NCBI GenBank assembly: GCA_032718475.1
Contig: JAUCBJ010001281.1
Coordinates: forward strand, 1 to 37,556
DNA length: 37,556 nucleotides
Direction of reading: 5' to 3'
Origin: Nemertoderma westbladi
Taxonomy: Eukaryota > Animalia > Xenacoelomorpha
The notes under the pieces were generated by a model. It had not been told where the DNA came from. It saw nothing but the letters and a program-made list of their open reading frames with translations, and made no database searches. The translations under genes were made by a program, and so were the position numbers. Positions 23,694-34,012 of this stretch are shown here, in pieces. Every line of letters starts with the position of its first letter. Position 1 is the stretch's first letter.

Positions 23694-24301
23694 CTGTGGG
23701 GCGAGACACGTAGTCGGCGAGCCTTGGCATACGGTTCATATAGGGCAAATGGGGCATGTCCGTCTGTCTGTCTGTCTGGTAAATGTTTGAACGCGAATAT
23801 CTCGGCATCGCTGGTTCGGAATTGAACCAAACTTAGTAGGTAAGTAGTAGAGAGAAAGTTTAGAAAGTTTGTAAAGTTTGGTGAAAAATCATGCAGTCTG
23901 ACGTCAGCTACGACAGATTATGTGGTTTTTAGAAAATGTTAAATTTATCGGGAAGGCCTCATGTTCCTGAGCTGAAATTTTGGTGGCCTGTAGAGAATCA
24001 TGAAGTCTATCTTTTACGAAATTGAAAAGTTAAGACATTTAATTGGGGATCCGCTAGAGACTCAGAAGTAATGACATAGGCCTACCGGTACGGTACTGCT
24101 GTATAGTGCTGCACTGGTGAGTACGAAATTGCAGAATAACAATTTGACACCACCTAGCGGATTAACATATGATTGTATATCGAGTGAATACATTTATAGC
24201 ATGGGATATGGGGTCCAAACTAGACATGCCCCATTTGCTCTATATGAACCGTATGCCAAGGCTTGCCGACTACGTGCTGCGCGAAGTCCCCACGAACGTG
24301 T
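23694..24301 (+). mobile_element. HINE/DINE-1-like element with 54-bp subterminal inverted repeats
   Basis: Arms 23707-23760 and 24223-24276 match at 52/54; (GTCT)n microsatellite after the left arm; 3' GCTGCGCGAAGTCCCCACGAACGTG; ends ~140 bp before the ZCRB1 ATG. Confidence 0.7.
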
Positions 24302-24440
24302 GTAGTGTGTACTGTACTGTCTACCTCACAGGCTGCATATTTCAGTATTTACCGGTATCCCATCCCTGCATCCATTCAGTACTGTCATTGACCGTCGTAT
24401 TCAGCGATTCCAGGATTCACATTCTTTCTGATATATTACT

Positions 24441-24524
24441 ATGAGTGGTGGCTTAGCTCCAAGCAAAAGTACTTTGTATGTTTCCAATTTGCCGTTTATT
24501 TTAACGAATAGCGATATTTATAAA
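24441..24524 (+). CDS. ZCRB1: ZCRB1 (U11/U12 snRNP 31-kDa protein), coding exon 1
   Basis: [28 protein letters not shown], near-identical to the conserved ZCRB1 N-terminus [19 protein letters not shown]; donor AAA|GTAAGT, phase 0. Confidence 0.95.
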
Positions 24525-25305
24525 GTAAGTGATGTTGATTATGATCATAAGCCTGTACCGATACGACATACGTAGTACTCTAGTAGGCCTACCAGCCTAC
24601 GATACTGATACAGTTCGATGGTTTGGCATTGCAGCATTGGCACTCCACACTCACTCTCTCTTCAGCTCTTTGTTAGGCCTATTCAAGTATTGCCGGTCTG
24701 CCGGTAGGCCTAACAATTTTATTAACAATTTCGAAATTTTAATGAGGTACCGGTACGGTACCGTACCTAAAGGACAGAAGGAAAGCTGAAAAGTCCATTT
24801 GTACCATCTGAAAATTAGACCAATCGAAGACTGCAGGACTACGTTATTTATTCAACCTACAGCTGTACAGTGGAAAGTTTACTTTTATACACGTTTTAAC
24901 ACATACTGACATAAATTTTTATACACAACGTTTTTATACACGTATTTATACACGTTTTGTACGGGGGTTAGAGCGTGAGCCGTGAGACCTGGATACTGAC
25001 GAAAACACTTGAACCGGTAGGCCTACTGGGTACTGGTTGTACAGTAAGATAGTAAGCTGTAAGACGTAAGCTGTGAAACAATATCATACGGTTATAACCA
25101 CCATTCATTTACTGATTTACAAAATGTTAGAATACCGGTACTTTATATATTATAAATATTTTGTTATATTTATTAACATATTTATAATTTAGCCACACCA
25201 ACTTATCCATGATTTCTGGTATGTTTGCCACAATATATATTAATCATTTATATCCTATTGTTTAAATTCCGATATATTTCGCTGACATTTTCTAATTGTT
25301 TTTAG

Positions 25306-25334
25306 GTGTTTGAGAAGTTTGGAAAAATTGCGAG
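25306..25334 (+). CDS. ZCRB1: ZCRB1 coding exon 2 (29 nt)
   Basis: Branch-like CTAAT + ttgtttttag acceptor; VFEKFGKIA-R corresponds to IFSKYGKVVK; donor AG|GTAAGG, phase 2. Confidence 0.9.
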
Positions 25335-25404
25335 GTAAGGCCATACATATTCTGGAATACTGGAACGTAACATACATGGAACATGGAACATAACGGCAGA
25401 CCGG

Positions 25405-25937
25405 TGTAGCAGACAATTTTCACCCCTCTAAAATTCACCTCCCGATTAAAATTTTCTAGTGTATTTTCACACCCCCCCCCCCCCCCCCCCTGGTTAGAAG
25501 AATTTACTATGGTATTTTAACCGGGGATGAAACTACTCTAGGTGATTTTTTAGTGAAATTTAACCCCCCCCCCCCCCCCCCCCCCCTCAGTGTATTCTTA
25601 CCCCCTTGATATTTTAAATTACAATATAATTTAAATTCGATACAAGCCTACAGTTAAGCAATCAGACGACTACAACAGATACCTCTAGAACACAGACAAA
25701 CACACGCTGGAGATTTGTATATAGTAAGGTTTTGTAGAAGATACAAAAAAATACACCGGATGTGAGAATACACAGGGAAATTTAAACGGGGATGGATTTG
25801 CACGAAGTGAAAATTGATAAATGCAGGGATGAGTTTTCACTGGAGAGGGTTAAAATACATTAGGGAAAGTACACCCCACCCCGGGAGTGAGAATACTCTA
25901 GGGAATTTTAACCGGGGAGTGAAAATTCTCTGTTACT
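25405..25937. mobile_element. Non-autonomous Ginger1-like MITE in ZCRB1 intron 2
   Basis: TIRs TGTAGCAGACAATTTTCAC / GTGAAAATTCTCTGTTACT flanked by CCGG at 25401-25404 and 25938-25941; C-rich and G-rich subrepeat arms. Confidence 0.7.
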
Positions 25938-26322
25938 CCGGTACTCATTATTATTCAACACAAAATAACAATAAATAATTCTAAACTTACCGGTTCCGTC
26001 GCATATCCATTATCGTCCAAATTTGTAGATAGCGTTGATTATAGTGGCCGTGATGGTTCATGGTTGATTATAGTGGCCGTGATTATGCGTGATGAAGTCA
26101 TCTCAATCATTGGGCAGTTTCTCTCCGAAATTGTCCTTCCAACCTGCCGGCGTTTCTGTTTCTGAAACAGCTTCGTCCATGGCAACCTTCACCAAGTCGT
26201 TGGCAGCCTTAGTGCGTCGGAAACGGTAGGGCCTACTCTCTCTGGACTTACTAACCAACACTTTTTTCGTCATCTAGTTTGTTATCTAACGAAACACATT
26301 TTGGAAAATACTGCATCACGAG

Positions 26323-26326
<4 letters not shown>

Positions 26327-26361
<35 letters not shown>

Positions 26362-28070
26362 GGATCGGCATGCTGCATTGCAGCTGCATTTTTAAGAATG
26401 CTGTGCCGGCTTGTCGACAAAATTGCGCCGCCACAACTCCCTATCACCCATGACATTTGCTAGATCATCCGCATCTTCAAGTGTCCTTTAAGATGCGTCT
26501 CTAGAAAGTCATGTGCTGTCCACCATGCTTATTCACTCCATGACGCTGCCAAAGTACAAGATTATGCACTGGCTGGTCCTCACGGCGAAAGCAATGTCCT
26601 GCAAAGCGGAGGCGATTTTGTTCTAGTGTCAAGCTTGGGGGAACCAATGAGACACATCCAATGTTATATAGTGTCTGGTTGGAGATGTGTGCATTGTACT
26701 TGACACAATGAACCCGGCGTAGCATTCTTGTGAATGTGCCATCCAGAGATTTGGTGTCCTCAGCAGTTAGAGCCCAGCATGGACTCCCATAGAGGAGTAC
26801 TGGAACTACTGCTGCTCTAAATAATCGGACCTTAAGTTTCCGATTAATTCTCGGTGACTTCCAAATCCTGGAAAGCCTATTCAAGGCTGCCCATGCCTTT
26901 CCCTTACGTATTCGAAGGTCCTCACCTGACTTCCGGATCCATGATCCCAGGTAACAGAAGTCGTCCACATGCTCAAGCATACCATCCTTTGAGCTTATGC
27001 TCGTCCGATCAGAGACTTGCTGAGGACTTTCAAAGTTAACTGTCAAAATTTTGGTCTTTCTGGAGTTAATAAAAAGACCAACACTAGAAGCAGCATGTTC
27101 TAATGAGCTGAGGAGCCGTTGGGCTCCCTCTAGTGATTCTGAGAGTACTCCTAAGTCATCAGCAAAGTCTAGATCAGTTAGGTACTTGGCAGGATTTCCT
27201 CGACTTCTGGAGCCAGTAGGTGGAGTTATCATCACCCCATCATCATTATGATGATCTAAGGACATGCGTAGAACATAGTCAACCACAATAATGAACAAGA
27301 ATGGTGCAAGTGTGTCTCCTTGGAGGACGCCCCATAACACTTCAAATGGTTCTGTGTCACCGTCAACAGTAGACACAAATGTTTTCGAACCAGCGTAGCG
27401 TATACTGATCTGATTGCTGCAATAATTTTATCAGGAATCCCATATAATGAAAGTATGCTGAACATACGTGAGCGGGAGACTGAATCAAAGGCCTTGAAGA
27501 AGTCAACAAAGATAACAGCCAGATGCCTGTCTTTCTTTTTTGATAACTCTGCAATTATCCTTCTAAGTGCCAAAATGGGCTCCATGGTCACACGACCTTT
27601 ACGGAACTCATTCTGATTTCCACGGAGCAGTCTCTCAATGGGATCCCTGATGCAATTTAATATAATTCTATTGTATAGCTTTGCAGCAATCGAGATCAAT
27701 GAGATTCCCCGAAAAGAACCATAGAGTGTTAGGTTGCCCGTCTTGGGAACTGGCACTAACTTATTTGTTTTCACTTCTTGTGGGACTCTTGTTGTTCGGT
27801 ACATGTCTACTATGATGGGATAGATGAGCTTTAAACACTCAGGTATTTTAAAGACCTCAGGGGGAACACCATCTACTCCACTGGCACGATTGGTCTTAAT
27901 GCTCTTTGCAGCAGCCTCAAAGTGGGCCTTCCAACCATTGAGGCGATCGGCTGGTGATTCAGCCTTAACCTTGGTGGTTGGTTGGCTTTTCCGCCCAGTA
28001 AGCAAGTTGATCGATTTCCATACCTGGGATGATTGCCTGCTGTCGTCAGCATCATTGATGGCATCAACCT
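26327..28070 (-). mobile_element. 5'-truncated RTE-clade LINE (RT domain and 3' end) in ZCRB1 intron 2
   Basis: RT motifs ASGVDG, PVPK.G, FRGISL, QNEFR.GR, FVDFFKAFDS, GVLQGDTLAP, DFADD, F.YLGS; C-terminal MGDRELWRR; (TAG)13 tail at 26323-26361; TSD ACGAGCTAC at 26318-26326 and 28071-28079; frameshift near 27400. Confidence 0.93.
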
Positions 28071-28522
28071 ACGAGCTACGAGCTACAATGAAAGCGAAAT
28101 GGCAGTGCACCGGACCTACAAGGCCGACTTCGCAACGCTGTAGCCCAACAATATTTGTCGGCTGATACCACTGATATACAACGTATGATTATCAGGCGAT
28201 ATACATGAAACGTTGCGTTGGAATATCTTAATAATTCAATGTTTCTAACTTTTAGCAAATAAATGATTTCTTAATTACATATTTACATTTTCGAATAAAA
28301 TGACATTCTTCCTTCAAAATCTAGCTCTTAATATGATTACAGTACCTACTCGTTTCTATTACAATTTTTGCTGATTGCTTTGCTAGACTGCTAGACTTAA
28401 TTAAGTAAGTAATTATTTGCATAACATAGTCAATTATACTTATACAAACGTATATACGATAGGTAGGTAGGCTGGTGTTGTGTTTTTGGGTTGATTTTGA
28501 CTTTCAGACTTTGATTTGATTT

Positions 28523-30550
28523 ATGGAACAATCTAGGGAAAGTAGTGAAGCTGCCATCCCAACTGTAACTCTTAACAAACTATTAGATATATACACCTCA
28601 GCTTCTAACGATTCGGAGAAATTTGCCACGTTGCTAATTCTGACAGAACATTTCGCCGGAGACACCGTTAAACTAAAGACGGAAGATGTGAGAAACATTT
28701 ACGATAAAGTAGGGTTGTGCTTCCCTTTAAAACTTCTTAGCAGTTATTCTTCAGATAACCATGGCGAATGTGAGCGTAACGCGTTCGTATTACTCGGTCT
28801 AAGAGTTCTCAATATATACGTCGAATGCTTCGCGTCTCAAACAGAATGTCGGCTAGTTGTTCAGGGATTGTTTGAAAACTTACAAGATATTCTCAAATAT
28901 CATCAGGGGGGTGATTCAAATTCCCGCCAATCATGGAATGAGTCTACTACAAATTTCCGGAAGTTCGTTTCTCTGATTATTGACCTCATCGCTAATATCG
29001 GGTTACACAATTTGAAATCCTTGAAAGGAAATATAATTGACAGCATTTTACAAATTTGTATATTTGGATATACAAATACGCTACATTTTATTGTCTCGGC
29101 ATTGAAAACCCATGGTTCAACAATTTGGGCTCAGCATAGAACGCGATTGAATGATCTCATCGACTATTTATTCAATAATTTATTTCCACTTCGCCCTGAC
29201 TGGCCTGTCAATCATACCGACTACTGTTTAGTCTTATATGATTTACTATCTACCGCCCCTTATAACTTTTTCAATCGTCAGGAATCCTGGATTACTAAAT
29301 CGTGGTGTAATATTGAAAGGTTGCTGAAATCTAGTCGCGGCCAGGACCGTAAATTTATCGCTGTTTATTTGTGTTCTAGAACACTCATTATTCTTCCTGG
29401 ATGGGATTATATTAAAGATAAGGGCCTTGATATTTCCTGTCTATTTTTGAAACTTTGTTGTAATGAAATTAAACTTTCGTTTTTGGATGGAAGTTATTGT
29501 ATTTTCCGCGATAACCCAGATGGTTTATTGTGTCTTTCTTCCGTTTTGGCTCGAGGTTTGGACCACGTGGTTTTGGTTGAGTATTCTGATAATATAAACG
29601 CGCAAGAAACAGATATGATTGAAAGTGTAGGTGTTTCTATAATGGAAATAATTCAAATGTTTCTTAATAACATTTCGCAACATTATCACCCCTCAGTAAC
29701 CACTCGAACTATAACTAACTACCAACAACCCGCCATGTTTCTACTACCGATGTATTGGTATAAAAACGATGCTGATATTTTCTCAATCGAAACTCCAAAA
29801 TTTGTTATAAATCTCTGCAAATTTCTAAAAGTAATTCCAGAAGACGATCTTATGATATTAATGAAACCGTTTGTATATGAAATTGTTGAAGGACTGCGTA
29901 ACATAATCTTAGATTTAAACACGAACTCCAGTAAATACAATATGGCTGATTTACAGGCTGTTACTAAGAACATGCGGACTGTCATGGGATACCTAGTAGA
30001 TTGTCTTGTAAGATATTCGAGTGAAAATAATGCATCATTTGATGAAGATTACGTGAAGGTTTGCAATTTAGTCACGGATGTGATGTTCAGGTTTTATAAC
30101 GGCGTAATACTATTACCTGATTTAGAAGTTTTAAACCGCCTCATCGACTTAGAAATGTTAACTTCATCGGTTTTAGGACGACGATTTGGGATATTGCGTG
30201 TTGCTTTTCTTGCAATAGAAAATGCATCTCAAATGGTCCCTAATTTGTTTCGGTTAGTTAATCTTCTATCGCCGGTTATTCTAGACCCGTTGAATCAGGA
30301 TCCACATTCCCGGGATATTATCGCGTCGGATTGGATGGATTATTGGCCAATCACTTCGGCCGATTGGCTCGGCTGTATGGATATATTACTGAGGATATTG
30401 GAGACTAATAGAATTCAGTTGTCCGAATCCCGAATGGTATCTAAACTTACTTGTTTCCTTCACTCAAAATTATCTACAACTGATACTGATAAAGAGGTTA
30501 TGGGATCCTGTGCGGTACTTATAGATTTGCATAACAAGTTACTGCAATAA
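28523..30550 (+). CDS. NCDN: Neurochondrin-like protein, intronless, nested in ZCRB1 intron 2
   Basis: 675-aa intact ORF; N-terminus ASNDSEKFATLLILT...VRNIYDKVGLCFPLKLL matches the neurochondrin signature (AKNDSEQFAALLLVT...RRIFDAVGFTFPNRLL); C-terminal W......W...M block; putative 5'UTR intron 28405-28507 (GTAAGT...tttcag); AATAAA at 30719. Confidence 0.8.
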   Translation: MEQSRESSEAAIPTVTLNKLLDIYTSASNDSEKFATLLILTEHFAGDTVKLKTEDVRNIYDKVGLCFPLKLLSSYSSDNHGECERNAFVLLGLRVLNIYVECFASQTECRLVVQGLFENLQDILKYHQGGDSNSRQSWNESTTNFRKFVSLIIDLIANIGLHNLKSLKGNIIDSILQICIFGYTNTLHFIVSALKTHGSTIWAQHRTRLNDLIDYLFNNLFPLRPDWPVNHTDYCLVLYDLLSTAPYNFFNRQESWITKSWCNIERLLKSSRGQDRKFIAVYLCSRTLIILPGWDYIKDKGLDISCLFLKLCCNEIKLSFLDGSYCIFRDNPDGLLCLSSVLARGLDHVVLVEYSDNINAQETDMIESVGVSIMEIIQMFLNNISQHYHPSVTTRTITNYQQPAMFLLPMYWYKNDADIFSIETPKFVINLCKFLKVIPEDDLMILMKPFVYEIVEGLRNIILDLNTNSSKYNMADLQAVTKNMRTVMGYLVDCLVRYSSENNASFDEDYVKVCNLVTDVMFRFYNGVILLPDLEVLNRLIDLEMLTSSVLGRRFGILRVAFLAIENASQMVPNLFRLVNLLSPVILDPLNQDPHSRDIIASDWMDYWPITSADWLGCMDILLRILETNRIQLSESRMVSKLTCFLHSKLSTTDTDKEVMGSCAVLIDLHNKLLQ

Positions 30551-30895
30551 TATGAATAATATTAGCTTTTAATAACCACATAATTATTGTAAAGCTATAA
30601 TATTTAATATTGAATATAACTAAGAAAGTTTCACCAAAATTTAGTAATTCCTTATAAAGTTATTAACTTTTTTAGGTCGTGCCATTTCCGCACTGGTCAT
30701 TTAACTAAAAGCGCTATAAATAAAACATAATTTTTATTTATATATTCAATTCAAATTCTAACTATTCTAATTCGAACTTTGTAATTAAATACTAATAGAC
30801 CGTATTTACTCGAATATTACAATGTGGAACGTTAACATTGTTGATAGTTAACTGATTGTTAAGACTGAAGGTAAATGTAGTAGGGTGTTGTACCG

Positions 30896-31212
30896 CTGTG
30901 GGGCGAGCCACGAAGTGAGCGAAGCCTTAGCATATGGGGCCATTGGCGAGTTGTCTGTAGTCGTAAATTTTTGATCGCTAATAACTCGGTTATTCCTTGA
31001 TGAAATTAAACGAAACTTGGTATGTATGTAGTCCGTCGAAAGTTTAGAAAGAATCTGAAGTTTCGTCAAAAACGAACGAACGCAACGAGGCACAAGAGGA
31101 GGACGAGTATTGTGTTGAAGGCTTCTGACTAACGGCAGACAACTCGTTAATGGTACCCATATGCTAAAGGCTTTGCTCACTTCGTGCTGCGCGAAGACCC
31201 CACGAACGTGTA
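30896..31212 (+). mobile_element. HINE/DINE-1-like element with ~50-bp subterminal inverted repeats
   Basis: Arms 30909-30957 and 31136-31186; same CTGTGGGGCGAG start and GCTGCGCGAAG.CCCCACGAACGTG end as the copy at 23694. Confidence 0.7.
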
Positions 31213-31484
31213 ATAGGCTGCATTGTAATAAAGATAACCCTGGTTTTATTTGAATTATTTCATTTGTTTAACTTGTTAAATTTAACAACATTCTTTATTA
31301 GGGTATTTAGATTCAAAATGCTGAAAATCTAGAACATAAACATAAACGCCCCCACTCGAACCAGTCAATTTGGAACTTAAACGCCTTTTATATCAAACAC
31401 GCAGACGAAGTCTATGACTCTCCAAAGACGATGCGGTGATTAGGACAAAGTTATAAAAAAAATAATTATATAGATAGCTAGCTA

Positions 31485-31702
31485 TAGGAACTAAACTGAA
31501 ACTATAAGTTTTTATTTTTTTTAAAACTGGAACTGGATCTGAAACTATTTCATTTTGGGAACTGGAACTGAAATAAATAGGTATATTAGAACTGAAACTG
31601 AAATTTTTTTTGGGAACTGGAACTTGAACTGAATTGAACGTGTTTATTAGAACTGAAACTGAAACCGAAACAAGTCAAATTGTCTTTCAGTTCGCAGCAC
31701 TG
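31485..31702. mobile_element. Possible one-ended hAT-like remnant with (G/A)AACTG subrepeats
   Basis: Many GGAACT/GAAACT hexamers ending in CAGTTCGCAGCACTG (reverse complement starts CAGTG); no partner end found. Confidence 0.3.
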
Positions 31703-32176
31703 ATTATAGGTAATGATATATCCAAAGCTTTTGTTTTTTGAATGGTGAGATCAGTGTGGAGATACTGGGGGGGAGCCTATACAGAGGTTAGGCCTACATC
31801 TTAATTTTTCTCGTAACGTGATTGGCTGTTATTTGCGTCGATTTTTTCCCTTCGAAACGTTGACTTTTGATTGCGAGTTCTCCATCCCATCTCTGCTGTA
31901 GCGAAGTGTGGAATATAGTTTGTGGTTAAATAATTAAATCGTTTTGTTGTTTACTGTCTTTACCACTGGAAAAAATATAGATCGAGTTACTTTTTACCGC
32001 AATTTGTCCACCATTCTATCTCCGTTGTATTATAGCTATTATTATTATTAGTTGAACTATTAATAATTATACTATGAAATTATGTGTGTGAATAAACTTC
32101 CCATAATACTTTAACTAGGTGAATTCCTTTTCCACTTTTCTTACGATTATTTAATTGTTCCGCAATGGTTTTACAG

Positions 32177-32419
32177 AGTAACCGTTAACAAAGACAAACA
32201 CACACATAGGGGAATCGGGATAGCATTTATATTATTCGTAAGAATTGAGGATGCGGTTACGGCCGCCAAAGAGATGGATGGCAAGGTGTTGTTCGGTAGA
32301 ACTATAACGGCCAGTATCGCTAAAGACAACGGTAGAGCGAGTGAATTCATTAAGAAACGTGTTTATACTGATAAATCAAGATGTTACGAGTGTGGAGAAT
32401 TCGGACACATTAGTCTGAG
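32177..32419 (+). CDS. ZCRB1: ZCRB1 coding exon 3 (rest of RRM and CCHC knuckle start)
   Basis: Acceptor ggttttacag; VTVNKDK..GIAFILF..LFGRTITASIAKDNGRASEFIKKRVYTDKSRCYECGEFGHISL; phase joins exon 2 (AG|A = Arg); donor AG|GTTGGT. Confidence 0.95.
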
Positions 32420-32550
32420 GTTGGTTGGTTAATAAACAATCAGACATTATATAATGAATATCTACTTTATTTTACTGAATGTCCCGGATACCTAGATAAC
32501 AAACCCTATGCACCTACAGTATATAATATCGTAGCTGCTTATTTTACCAG

Positions 32551-32674
32551 GTGTCCTCAGAATAAACTAGGTTATCGGCAAACTCCTAAAAATACGAAAA
32601 AGAAAGGTCGAAAGAATGTGAAGAGGAAGTTAAAAACATCCAATGATGATGAAGATGTGAGTGAAGAAGGAGAG
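32551..32674 (+). CDS. ZCRB1: ZCRB1 coding exon 4 (further exon(s) not located)
   Basis: Acceptor ttattttaccag; CPQNKLGYRQTPKNTKKK...DEDVSEEGE completes CX2CX4HX4C and the basic/acidic tail; donor GAG|GTTTGT, with an alternative GAT|GTGAGT after 32656, so the end coordinate is uncertain. Confidence 0.85.
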
Positions 32675-33048
32675 GTTTGTTTGTATTTTGTACACAGGGG
32701 CGAACTACTAAGTGAAAAGGTAGTAATATGGAGTAGGCATAGTGGTGGTATACTGAAGCGTACCACTGGGGTGAGTGGTTATCTGGGGCTATCAACTGAT
32801 TGCTATATAGGTGGAATTTAGGCACAATAGATCACAGCATCAACTGCGCATTGTTTTGGCCATTTTTGACTGGTATACAGTTTTTTTTTACTGTGGCTGA
32901 GTGTTGTCACCGATTTTAGGGGTTGTTATAAATTCCAACTATCCACCACTAAGAGAGGCAAGGGGGGTGGGTGTTACACTGGGGCGAACCACTAAGGGGG
33001 GAAAAGGGGTGATAATCTTGAGATAAACCCGATTTATTATTTATTATA

Positions 33049-34012
33049 CACTACCACGACGTAATTCACACATTATTTTGTTACAAATCTTAATGAGATT
33101 GCATGAAATTTGAAACATAGATAGTTTCATCTCCCTCCTCCTTGCTGGGTGTGCCAGAATTTTTATTTTTGCTTTCATTCTTTAGCTACAAGCGTTTAAA
33201 AAATGTCTCCATCGATATTTCACCAGTTACACATACACTGTAGTTATTCTTCAACCTTATAGTGATTTGTTGGTACTGGTGGAAAGCTGACAATGTAAGG
33301 GTTCCAAATATGTAACACAATCTGAATTTAGTTGAAAAATAGCTGAGATATTGGCGTTCGGAAGTTACATGTACTGTATTTGCATCTACGCGAGGCTATA
33401 ATAATAATAATTAATAAATGCACCATATATATTCTCAGACATTTTGTTTATCCCATACGTTGCTTGGTAACAATGCAATACCTCTATACGAGTACGCAGC
33501 TATTCATAAATAAACAAAATGTTCTAGAACATGGTGTATTTTTTACTGTAAATATAATAAAATAGCCTTGCGCCGATGCCTAACCATGCAACTTTCGAAC
33601 GCCCACATCTCAGCTATTTTTCAACTAAATTCAGATTGTATTACATATTTGGAATCCTTACATGGCAAGCTTTCTACCAGTACCAACAAAGTCTACAAAA
33701 TTTTATTTTGCGGATCATATGTTTATTCATGGAAATTCTACGTAAATTTGCTTCACTCAAGCCAAATAAAATGAACAGTAGGGAAGAGTAAGTAGCAAAT
33801 TGGTGATGTTCCAGAACAATAAGATATTTCGACGGAGGCCCTTTTTTCAAACGCTTGTAGCTAAAGGATTGAAAGCGAAAATAAAAATTCCGAGTGATCC
33901 AGTAAGGATGAGGGAGTTGAAACTGTTTTTCATGCAATCTCATTAAGATTTGTAGAACAATTTCAGGGAGATCCAAATCACTGAATTGTGACAATTCCGG
34001 ACATGGTCTATG
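33049..34012. mobile_element. Long-TIR foldback MITE, probably Tc1/mariner-type
   Basis: 33049-33398 is the diverged reverse complement of 33562-34012 (e.g. ACAAATCTTAATGAGATTGCATGAAA and AATCTGAATTTAGTTGAAAAATAGCTGAGAT); CA...TG ends flanked by TA. Confidence 0.75.

Noticed and set aside
26085-26235. Possible hammerhead ribozyme (also CTGATGA at 9186 and 17628)
   Set aside because: No intact CUGANGA-stem II-GAAA core with supporting stems could be assembled on either strand.
30645-30730. Acceptor-like site at 30675 with nearby TTCCTTAT as a U12 branch point or cryptic ZCRB1 terminal exon
   Set aside because: Does not match TTCCTTAAC, no U12-type donor was found, and such motifs are common in AT-rich DNA.
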